64,000 nt of DNA from Nitrosopumilaceae archaeon (GTDB taxonomy: Archaea; Thermoproteota; Nitrososphaeria; Nitrososphaerales; Nitrosopumilaceae), in contig JANQNN010000035.1 in the NCBI GenBank assembly GCA_028279545.1, positions 27,425-91,424 on the forward strand, given 5' to 3'. How positions within the stretch are numbered: position 1 is the first letter of the stretch; each line of letters opens with the position of its first letter. Below, piece by piece: positions 1 through 7,732 of the stretch. The translations under genes were made by a program, and so were the position numbers. The notes beneath the pieces were generated by a model. That model was not told where the DNA came from. It saw nothing but the letters and a program-made list of their open reading frames with translations, and made no database searches.

Positions 1-724
1 GACAAATCTTTTAGTGCATAAAGAACTGCGCAAGGTTTTAGAAAAAATTGATCCAAACTTTACAAACGGAAGAGGAGATGAAGGTGGATGGGCTCCCAAA
101 TTGAACAATGAGAAAGCATTAGAAGCTTCTGCTTTAGCTATTGAAAATTTAGGTTTTACAATGGGAAAAGAAGTCTCCTTAGGAGTAGACTTTGCATCCT
201 CTACTCAGTGGAATGATGAAAAAGAAAAATACCTTTATGAAAGAGCTGGATTTGAAAACTCATCTGGTGAACAAATAGATTTTGCCGCAAATATTATTGA
301 AAAATACAAATTAATTTATGCAGAAGATGCTGTTCACGAAGAAGCTTTTGAGGATATGGCAGAATTGACAAAAAAATTTCCAAATTCTTTGATAACTGGA
401 GATGACCTTACCGTTACCAATAAGGACATCCTAGCTAAGGCAATCCAAATAAAATCTTGTAATGCAGCAATTCTAAAAGTAAACCAGGCAGGTAGCCTTT
501 TTGATGCATTAGAATTTGCTAATTTGGCAAATCAAAACAATGTTAAACTAATAACTTCGCACAGATCAGGAGAGTCTACTGATTCACATATATCTCATAT
601 TGGGTTGGCAACAAAATCAAAATTACTCAAAGTAGGGGTTGTAGGTGGCGAAAGAGTTTCTAAACTAAATGAACTTTTACGATTATCAGAGCATGATTTA
701 ATACGTGGTATGGTGGAGATTTAA
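1..724 (+). CDS. eno: enolase (phosphopyruvate hydratase), C-terminal ~240 aa; 5' end outside window
   Basis: Frame is open from the window edge. C-terminal motifs SHRSGESTD and KVGVVGGERVSKLNELLR are typical of enolase. Followed by rps2 as in many archaea. Confidence 0.9.
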   Translation, partial: TNLLVHKELRKVLEKIDPNFTNGRGDEGGWAPKLNNEKALEASALAIENLGFTMGKEVSLGVDFASSTQWNDEKEKYLYERAGFENSSGEQIDFAANIIEKYKLIYAEDAVHEEAFEDMAELTKKFPNSLITGDDLTVTNKDILAKAIQIKSCNAAILKVNQAGSLFDALEFANLANQNNVKLITSHRSGESTDSHISHIGLATKSKLLKVGVVGGERVSKLNELLRLSEHDLIRGMVEI

Positions 725-731
725 AATCGTC

Positions 732-1355
732 ATGAGCCAACAAACAGAGTCAACAGACATCAAAAAGAAGGTCCTATCTACTGGAATTAGAGTAGGGACT
801 CAGGTAAAAACAAAATTTATGACTCCATTTATCACAAAAGCAAGCCCAGAAGGACTCTATATGCTTGATTTGGATATTACTCTTGAAAAAATAAAGACTG
901 CAGCTAAATTTATCAATCGCCTTGGGACGGACAAACTTATAGTTTGTTCAGGACGACAATATGCAAATACTCCTATTGAAAAATTTTGTGAAATGTTGGG
1001 TACTAGTAAATTACTTGGAAGATTTTTGCCAGGAACTTTAACAAATCCTTCTTTGCCCTACTATATTGAACCAAAATTAATTTTAATTTCCGATCCTCAA
1101 GTAGACGAGCAAGCAGTTACAGAGGCCACAAATGCAGGAATTCCTATCATTGGAATTTCAAATACAGATAACATCACCTCAAAAATTGATCTAGTTATCC
1201 CTGCAAACAACAGAGGAAGAAAAGCACTTGCTACAGTTTATTGGTTATTGGTCAGGCAGATTCTCATAGAGAGAGGGGAGCTAAAAGAGGATGAGTCTAT
1301 GAAATATGAAATAGATGATTTTGAGACTAAAATCACGGAAGAGGAAATAGAGTAA
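732..1355 (+). CDS. rps2: 30S ribosomal protein S2 (uS2)
   Basis: ATG at 732; the ORF-track start at 705 would overlap eno. Region LILISDPQVDEQAVTEATNAGIPIIGISNTDN is characteristic of uS2. Confidence 0.9.
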   Translation: MSQQTESTDIKKKVLSTGIRVGTQVKTKFMTPFITKASPEGLYMLDLDITLEKIKTAAKFINRLGTDKLIVCSGRQYANTPIEKFCEMLGTSKLLGRFLPGTLTNPSLPYYIEPKLILISDPQVDEQAVTEATNAGIPIIGISNTDNITSKIDLVIPANNRGRKALATVYWLLVRQILIERGELKEDESMKYEIDDFETKITEEEIE

Positions 1356-2185
1356 TGCAAATTAGAACACCGGCTGTAGCCGGAATGTTCTACCAAAATG
1401 AAAAAAAAAATTTAGAAAAACAAATTGACGATTGTTTTTCACATTTACTTGGACCAGAACGAAATTTTAAAAAAGATAATAAAAAAATTTTTGGAATTAT
1501 TTGTCCACATGCAGGTTTTATGTATTCAGGACCAATAGCTTGTCATTCATTTTTTTCCATATCAAATGAGTCACCAGAATTATTCATTATAGTTGGGCCA
1601 AACCACTGGGGAATTGGTAGAAGTGTTGCTACCATGAAAAATTGTCAGTGGGAAACTCCGCTTGGACGTGTAGAGGTAGATTCAGATTCCGCTGAAGAAA
1701 TTTGTCAGATTTCAAAAAAAATAGAGTCAGATTTTTTTTCGCATACACGAGAACATAGTTTAGAAGTTCAAATTCCTTTTTTGCAAAAATTATTTAGAAA
1801 TTTCAAAATTTTACCAATATCTTTGATAAACCAGAATAAAGATACTGCAATAGATGTAGGCTTATCAATTGCAAAAATTGCATCAAAAAAAAACTCTATG
1901 ATAATTGGCTCTTCTGATTTTACACATTATGAACCAAACCAAATTGCGTATGAACAAGATTCTGCTTTGATTAAACCCATTTTAGAAATGAATATTGAGG
2001 AATTTTATGAAGTATTAGAAAAAAGAAAAGTTACTGCTTGTGGATATGGAGCGATTGCTTCTACAATAATTGCATGTAAAGAACTAGGAGCAAAAAAAGG
2101 TGAATTGCTAAAATATGCAACTAGTGGAGATGTAACTGGCGATGAGAGTTCTGTTGTTGGATATGGATCAATAGTGTTCACTTGA
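1355..2185 (+). CDS. MEMO1 / AmmeMemoRadiSam system protein B family protein
   Basis: N-terminal RTPAVAGMFY and PHAGFMYSGP motifs of the Memo family. Lies in the conserved archaeal rps2-memo-mvk arrangement. Confidence 0.8.
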   Translation: MQIRTPAVAGMFYQNEKKNLEKQIDDCFSHLLGPERNFKKDNKKIFGIICPHAGFMYSGPIACHSFFSISNESPELFIIVGPNHWGIGRSVATMKNCQWETPLGRVEVDSDSAEEICQISKKIESDFFSHTREHSLEVQIPFLQKLFRNFKILPISLINQNKDTAIDVGLSIAKIASKKNSMIIGSSDFTHYEPNQIAYEQDSALIKPILEMNIEEFYEVLEKRKVTACGYGAIASTIIACKELGAKKGELLKYATSGDVTGDESSVVGYGSIVFT

Positions 2186-3129
2186 ATTCCAAAGCTTCTG
2201 CACCCGGAAAAATTATCTTATTTGGGGAACATTTTGTGGTATATGGGACCAAAGCCATACTTTGTGCGATTAATAAAAGAATTACAGTTAGTGTGGAAAA
2301 AACTCTAGAGAATAATATTTTGATAGATTCAAGTGTTGGAAATTTGAAGTCAGAACCAGATAAATCTCTGAATGAAATTGATTTTCAACTAAGACCATTT
2401 TATTTTTTGGCAGATATGATGATCAAAAAATATAATCCCAAATTTGGATTAAAGATTAGAGTAGATTCTGAAATTCCATTAGGAGTTGGGTTGGGGTCAT
2501 CATCTGCTTGTTGTGTTGCAGCAGCTGCGGCTATTTCAGGAATTTTTGCCAAAAAATCAAAAGATGAAATTTTGGAAATAGCAATTGAGGCAGAAAAAAC
2601 GATTTTTCCAAACACATCAGGAGCAGATTGCACTGTGTGTACATATGGTGGTCTTATTAAATATGATAAAAAAAATGGGCATTCCAAGATATTATCAAAA
2701 CCAAATTTTCATCTAGCCATTGCAAATTCAAAAATTAAACATTCCACCAAAGAAGTTGTATCAAAAGTAAAACAATTTAAAGAAAAAAATGAAGAGAAAT
2801 TTTCCAACCTTTGCAAGGAAGAATCCAATATTATAGAAGATGTTTTAATTTGTTTAAAAAAAAATGACTTGTTGGAAATTGGGAAAAACATTATGAAAAA
2901 TCAAGAGTACCTTGAAGCTATTGGGATCTCTAATGAAAAATTGCAAGATATGATTAAAATTGCAAACCAATCATCGTTTGGAGCCAAAATTACGGGTGCG
3001 GGCGGAGGAGGTTGTATTTTTGCTTTAACCGATGCTGAAAATATTCAATCAACCCTAAAGAAATTGAAGGAGCAAAATTACGATTGTTTTTCTGCAGAAA
3101 TAGATTATAAGGGATTGGATACTTTTTAA
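2182..3129 (+). CDS. mvk: mevalonate kinase
   Basis: GHMP kinase with APGKIILFGEHFVVYG N-terminus and PLGVGLGSSSA ATP motif. TTG start overlaps the Memo stop (TTGA). Confidence 0.9.
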   Translation: MNSKASAPGKIILFGEHFVVYGTKAILCAINKRITVSVEKTLENNILIDSSVGNLKSEPDKSLNEIDFQLRPFYFLADMMIKKYNPKFGLKIRVDSEIPLGVGLGSSSACCVAAAAAISGIFAKKSKDEILEIAIEAEKTIFPNTSGADCTVCTYGGLIKYDKKNGHSKILSKPNFHLAIANSKIKHSTKEVVSKVKQFKEKNEEKFSNLCKEESNIIEDVLICLKKNDLLEIGKNIMKNQEYLEAIGISNEKLQDMIKIANQSSFGAKITGAGGGGCIFALTDAENIQSTLKKLKEQNYDCFSAEIDYKGLDTF

Positions 3130-3152
3130 TTGATCAGGAATTTGGTGACAGC

Positions 3153-3896
3153 ATGATTCTAATCAAACTAGGAGGTTCAATAATTACCAATAAAGAAAAA
3201 CCCCTATCGCCTAGAAAAAAAACTATAGAAAATCTTGCAAAGAGTATTAGGAAAATTAATGAGCCTATGATTATTGTTCATGGGGGAGGATCTTATGGTC
3301 ATTATTGGTCGGTAAAGTACGACATGCATACAAAGCCAAGAAAATATAATCAAAAAGGAGTTTCAATAATAAAAAATTCTATGATTGATCTTAATAAAAT
3401 AATTTTAGACTCGTTTGTAAAAAATAGATTAAATCCATACTGCTTGCCCCCCACCGATTTTATGGGAGGAAACAAGCCAATATTAAAAAAAGTAAAAGAA
3501 ATTGAAAAAATTTCAAAAGCCAATTTTATCCCAGTTACCTTTGGTGATGCTTTATGGTACGGGCAGGGAAAGACCTACATTTTATCAGGAGATAAAATTA
3601 TGACACACTTATCAAAAATTTTAAAACCTCGACTTTGCATTTTTGCGTTAAAAGAAGATGGGCTTTATTCTGATTTGAAATCAAAGAAATTGATTTATGA
3701 ATTAAAAAATGAAAAACCTACTTTTTCAGAAACCAAAATGGATGTTACAGGAGGAATGACCAGAAAAGTTGAGGAGGCCTCAAATATTTCAAAGATGGGA
3801 ATCAATGTCTTTTTTGTAAATGGAAACAAGCCTGACAGAATTGTAAAAGCTATTAAAAACAAGAAATTTGAAGGAACTTTGTTTAGGGGAAAATAA
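3153..3896 (+). CDS. isopentenyl phosphate kinase
   Basis: Amino-acid-kinase fold with IKLGGSIITNK and VHGGGSYGH motifs. Located between mvk and idi, as in the archaeal mevalonate pathway. Confidence 0.85.
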   Translation: MILIKLGGSIITNKEKPLSPRKKTIENLAKSIRKINEPMIIVHGGGSYGHYWSVKYDMHTKPRKYNQKGVSIIKNSMIDLNKIILDSFVKNRLNPYCLPPTDFMGGNKPILKKVKEIEKISKANFIPVTFGDALWYGQGKTYILSGDKIMTHLSKILKPRLCIFALKEDGLYSDLKSKKLIYELKNEKPTFSETKMDVTGGMTRKVEEASNISKMGINVFFVNGNKPDRIVKAIKNKKFEGTLFRGK

Positions 3897-4538
3897 TTGA
3901 CTGAAGAATATCTTGTTTTAGTAAATGAAAAAGACGAACCTATTGGAAAAGAAGAAAAAGTAAAATGCCATTTACCAAATGGAATTCTACATCGTGCATT
4001 TACTGCATTGCTTTTTGATAAGAATGGAAAATTAATTTTAACCCAAAGAGCCAAAGAGAAAATGCTTTGGCCTAGCGATTGGGATGGAACCTTTGCAAGT
4101 CATCCAAGAGAAACAGAAACCTATGTTTCCTCAGGAGAAAGAAGAATGCCTGAAGAGTTAGGAATTTCTGGCAAATTAGATTACTTGTTCAAGTTTGAAT
4201 ATCATGTTCCTTACAAGGATGTAGGCTCAGAAAATGAGATTTGTGGAACTCTAATAGGAATTGTTGATGACCCTTCAAAATTACAAAAAATTCCTGGGGA
4301 AATAGATGGAATAAAGCTGGTCTCATCAAGCGAAATGATATCAGAATTGGAAAGCAATCCTAAGATTTATTGTCCTTGGATGATTATTGCCCTAGAATTG
4401 CTAAACAAGTCAGACGAATCAATGCTAGAAAAATATGAAAATATTTTATCACCTTGGATGAATAGGGAAGCACATGAAAGATTTCAAGAGGCTATTAAGG
4501 TTCATCTTCCAGATGGAAATTGGAGGCTGGTAGAATGA
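3897..4538 (+). CDS. idi: isopentenyl-diphosphate delta-isomerase, type 1 (Nudix)
   Basis: LHRAFTALLFDKNGKLILTQRA, WPSDWDGTFASHP and SENEICG segments match type-1 IDI. TTG start lies directly after the IPK stop. Confidence 0.85.
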   Translation: MTEEYLVLVNEKDEPIGKEEKVKCHLPNGILHRAFTALLFDKNGKLILTQRAKEKMLWPSDWDGTFASHPRETETYVSSGERRMPEELGISGKLDYLFKFEYHVPYKDVGSENEICGTLIGIVDDPSKLQKIPGEIDGIKLVSSSEMISELESNPKIYCPWMIIALELLNKSDESMLEKYENILSPWMNREAHERFQEAIKVHLPDGNWRLVE

Positions 4539-5515
4539 ATAATGCAAACCCAATAAAAAAAAATGCTAAAACCGTAAACAAGTATCTAAAAACAAAACTA
4601 AAAGGAAATCCAAAAATACTGTATGACGCAGCAGGACATCTTATTGTAAATGGAGGAAAACGTCTAAGACCTTACATGGTAATTAAAAGCTGCCAAATTT
4701 TAGGTGGCAAGACAGCAACTGCAACCCCAGCTGCTAGTGCAATTGAAATGGTTCATAATTTTACTTTGGTTCATGACGATATAATGGATAATGATGAGAT
4801 GAGACATGGGGTACCAACTGTTCATAAAAAATTTGGATTACCGATTGCGATACTTGCAGGAGATGTTTTATTTTCTAAAGCTTTTCAAATAATTTCAAGT
4901 TCTAAACTTTCTGGCGGGGCAATTTCTCAATTAATATCTCAACTTGCCAAAGGTTGTGTAGACGTATGTGAAGGTCAATTATTAGATATAAAGATGGCCG
5001 ACGAGAAACGAATTCCAACTCAAAAAGAATACATCACAATGATTGGGAAAAAAACTGCTGCATTATTTGATGTTTCTTGTTCTATGGGTGCAATTTGTGC
5101 AAGTAATAAGAAAAAAGATATACAAAACTTGTCTTCTTTTGGAAAAAACTTAGGAATTGCATTTCAAATTACAGACGACTTGATTGGAGTAATGGGTGAT
5201 CCAAAAGTTACAAAAAAACCAGTGGGAAATGATCTTAGAGAAGGAAAAAAATCATTGCCAATTCTTTTAGCAATAAAGCTTGCAAAGGGAAAAAATAAAA
5301 AAATAATTTTAAAGGCTTTTGGTAATCCCAAAGTATCAAAACATGATCTTAACAATGCAGTTGATGTAATAAGATCAATTGGAATAGAGGAAAATGTAAG
5401 AAATCAGGCATTAAAGTATGCAGATAGGGCAAAAAAATCCTTGACAAAATATTCTGGACCAGCTAAAACAGAATTATTTGATTTACTTGATTTTGTAGTA
5501 AAACGTAGTGTCTAA
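4535..5515 (+). CDS. geranylgeranyl diphosphate synthase (trans-polyprenyl synthetase)
   Basis: First Asp-rich motif LVHDDIMDNDEMRHG and second FQITDDLIG. ATG 4535 overlaps the idi stop (ATGA). Confidence 0.85.
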   Translation: MNNANPIKKNAKTVNKYLKTKLKGNPKILYDAAGHLIVNGGKRLRPYMVIKSCQILGGKTATATPAASAIEMVHNFTLVHDDIMDNDEMRHGVPTVHKKFGLPIAILAGDVLFSKAFQIISSSKLSGGAISQLISQLAKGCVDVCEGQLLDIKMADEKRIPTQKEYITMIGKKTAALFDVSCSMGAICASNKKKDIQNLSSFGKNLGIAFQITDDLIGVMGDPKVTKKPVGNDLREGKKSLPILLAIKLAKGKNKKIILKAFGNPKVSKHDLNNAVDVIRSIGIEENVRNQALKYADRAKKSLTKYSGPAKTELFDLLDFVVKRSV

Positions 5516-5525
5516 TTCATCATTA

Positions 5526-5551
5526 TTTTTTGAGAATTTTACCTCAAAAAA
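5526..5551. terminator. bidirectional hairpin with T/A tracts between convergent genes
   Basis: TTTTTTGAG (5526-5534) and CTCAAAAAA (5543-5551) form a perfect 9-bp inverted repeat with an 8-nt loop, 11 nt after the GGPPS stop. Confidence 0.4.
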
Positions 5552-5664
5552 TTAATACGTTTTAAAATTTGAAAAAAGCAGTTTAATTTGTGAAGATGGG
5601 TATTATTGGATGCCCATCCTGAAAATGTTGTTCGGAGTAGGCGAGAGTTTTGTGTTTGTTAGGT

Positions 5665-6222
5665 TTATGCGTGGTCTTCATGCGTATGTGGGGTTTGGCT
5701 GGTCATTGTAGATGAATATTGGAGATGATAACTTGTTAATCCATCACTGAGAGTCCCACTGGCTGCATAAACACACCCTTGATTAAAACCATGAATCATC
5801 TCACCATCCAAAGATACTTGAAAAGTTGTTCCCAGCTCATTTGTTACTTCTCCTTTTGCCTTGAAACCGGCTCCATTTTCAGTAAAGGTCCAGGTGTTAG
5901 GATTTACAACAAATTTGAGTCGCTTTTCATCATTCTCGATAATAAACTGGCCATTTTTTACTAGATAATTATGATCGGTATTTTCACTTGGTATTTCAAA
6001 AAGTCGAAATTGGTAATGACCTTCAAATAAAATTCCAGAATTATCAATAATTGCTCCTTCACCGTCTACAACATCTGTTACTTTTAGTGTAGAAGGAATT
6101 TCTACTTTTTTTGATGACTTGTCTGATGATTTTTCTGCAGTTGCTCCGGGCTGTTGTAGTAATGCAATAGATATTACTAGTAAAACAAAAGATCCAGCGA
6201 TAATTTTATTTCGAAGTTTCAT
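5665..6222 (-). CDS. hypothetical membrane-anchored/secreted protein with His-rich C-terminus
   Basis: MKLRNK followed by a hydrophobic segment (signal or anchor). C-terminus is TPHTHEDHA. No family recognised. Start chosen at the internal ATG 6222. Confidence 0.55.
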   Translation of the reverse strand: MKLRNKIIAGSFVLLVISIALLQQPGATAEKSSDKSSKKVEIPSTLKVTDVVDGEGAIIDNSGILFEGHYQFRLFEIPSENTDHNYLVKNGQFIIENDEKRLKFVVNPNTWTFTENGAGFKAKGEVTNELGTTFQVSLDGEMIHGFNQGCVYAASGTLSDGLTSYHLQYSSTMTSQTPHTHEDHA

Positions 6223-6555
6223 TATTGACTGAATTAAAAATATAATATTTAACAAACGCGTATTAATTCTCAGTATGCTAAGAGTGATTTTGTTATTCTA
6301 AAATGTTACATACTGTTATTTGCTTAAAATTAAATTAAAAAATTAAAACTTTGTAAATTTCATTTGACCAAATAAAAATTTAATTTTGAATAAAATTGTA
6401 ATTTATTTTTAAAACAAACTAAAATAAAAATCTAAAAAATTTTTTGGCTTTATTTAATTTTGTATAAAATTTAAAATTTCTTGTACATAAATAATTTCTT
6501 CAAAGCTTACCTCCAAATTCACTTTACGCTGTTAAAAAATTTTTAAGTTTCCAAT

Positions 6556-6981
6556 CTATTGAAATTTAGATTTACAATGATTACAGTAGCCAAAAAGTTC
6601 GAAACTTCCTTTTAAAATATGATATTTTGATTTCTTTGATGCACGAATTTGAATTTCTTTAAGAGAATCTTCATCAACATCATCTATTTTTCCACAGTTC
6701 ATACAAACTAAATTAATATGCGCATCCATATGAGCATCAAACCTAGATTCTCCATCTATCTCAATTTCATTGACTAATTTTTTTTCTTTAAGAAGACTAA
6801 CTGTTTTGTACACGGTAGAAAGGCTAACCATAGGATATTTTTTTTGTATAATTTTATGAATGTGCTCAGCACTTGGATGATCATCAGTTTTAATTAGATA
6901 ATCCAAAATGGCAACTCTTTGTGGGGTAATTCTAAGCCCTTCCTCCCGTAGGGAAGATACTAGATTCTCTAATTCCTGCAT
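6556..6981 (-). CDS. Fur-family metal-responsive transcriptional regulator
   Basis: Winged-helix ITPQRVAILDYL, HPSAEHI, H-rich DAHMDAH and two CxxC pairs (CMNC, CNHC). TTTATA at 7005-7010 lies about 26 nt upstream of the ATG. Confidence 0.85.
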   Translation of the reverse strand: MQELENLVSSLREEGLRITPQRVAILDYLIKTDDHPSAEHIHKIIQKKYPMVSLSTVYKTVSLLKEKKLVNEIEIDGESRFDAHMDAHINLVCMNCGKIDDVDEDSLKEIQIRASKKSKYHILKGSFELFGYCNHCKSKFQ

Positions 6982-7033
6982 GTTCTTCTAACAAATCAAT
7001 CATATTTATAGTTATTATTAAATGATAATTATT

Positions 7034-7060
7034 CCTAATTAATAACAACATTTAATTAGG
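7034..7060. promoter_or_regulatory. candidate operator: CCTAATTAA-N9-TTAATTAGG inverted repeat in the fur / zinc-ribbon divergent intergenic region
   Basis: Perfect 9-bp inverted repeat containing G/C in otherwise pure A/T DNA. Adjacent AATGATAATTATT (7021-7033) resembles the bacterial Fur-box core AATGATAATCATT. Confidence 0.3.
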
Positions 7061-7080
7061 TTTCATTATTAATAATATAT

Positions 7081-7251
7081 GTGCAAACAAAAATAGTTCA
7101 ACCAGAAAACAGGAAAAAAAAGAAAAACACAGTCAACAAGGCTATTCGAATTTGTGTAAACTGTGGGAATATCTCTGTACACATTGAAAATTATGGAATT
7201 TACTGCAAAGAATGCGATATGTTTTTTGATGTTATGGAGGACAAAAAATGA
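7081..7251 (+). CDS. small zinc-ribbon protein (56 aa), below ORF-track cutoff
   Basis: GTG start. Basic N-terminus (NRKKKKN), then CVNCG...CKEC zinc-ribbon spacing. Its stop overlaps the next ATG (ATGA). Confidence 0.45.
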   Translation: MQTKIVQPENRKKKKNTVNKAIRICVNCGNISVHIENYGIYCKECDMFFDVMEDKK

Positions 7252-7421
7252 TTGAAACTTCCTGTAGGAGTGTTTGCCGATATTATGATGCTAATTCATC
7301 ATTTAGAGCCTCAAGCGTGAATATCTTTAAAAAATTCTGTCCAACCTGCAACTTGACTCTGATTTCAAGATACACTAGGTGTCCTTGCTGCCATGATAAA
7401 TTTGGGAGAAATGATCAATAA
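7248..7421 (+). CDS. small Cys7 zinc-binding protein (57 aa), paralogue of the next gene
   Basis: Cys pattern C-x3-C-x20-C-x2-C-x10-C-x-C-C, identical in spacing to the 7421-7651 product, including RCPCC. Stop overlaps the next ATG (TAATG). Confidence 0.6.
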   Translation: MIETSCRSVCRYYDANSSFRASSVNIFKKFCPTCNLTLISRYTRCPCCHDKFGRNDQ

Positions 7422-7651
7422 TGGGCTATTGTTGTAAGGGTATTTGTGAAGAGTATAAGGGAAAAAAGGTTCCAAATGGTTCACGATATGAGATTGGCCA
7501 AAAAAGATGTTCAATGTGTAGTGTGTTTCTTACCATTTCAAGTGTTAGATGTCCTTGTTGTGGAGCAATTCTGAGAACAAAGTCAAGAACAAAAAAAAAT
7601 CAACGTTCCAAAGTAATTGGAGACAAAATTACATTAACAATTAAAAACTAA
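7421..7651 (+). CDS. small Cys-rich zinc-binding protein (76 aa) with basic tail
   Basis: Present in the ORF track. Same C-x3-C-x20-C-x2-C-x10-CxCC pattern as the upstream micro-ORF. Confidence 0.7.
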   Translation: MGYCCKGICEEYKGKKVPNGSRYEIGQKRCSMCSVFLTISSVRCPCCGAILRTKSRTKKNQRSKVIGDKITLTIKN

Positions 7652-7732
7652 AGGTTTTCAATATTGAAAAAATATTATATTTTTTCTACAGGTTTTTTGT
7701 AATTAATTTTCCTCTAGTTTTTTAACAAATTA

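Noticed and set aside
2400-2891. Antisense ORFs inside mvk. The same class occurs elsewhere, for example 3695-4054, 8002-8247, 8746-9003, 9591-9884, 16457-16849, 29340-30176, 45749-46639, 48526-48798, 51206-52238 and 55200-55943.
   Set aside because: All lie opposite or out of frame to genes with strong family motifs and have no motifs of their own. They are typical shadow ORFs.
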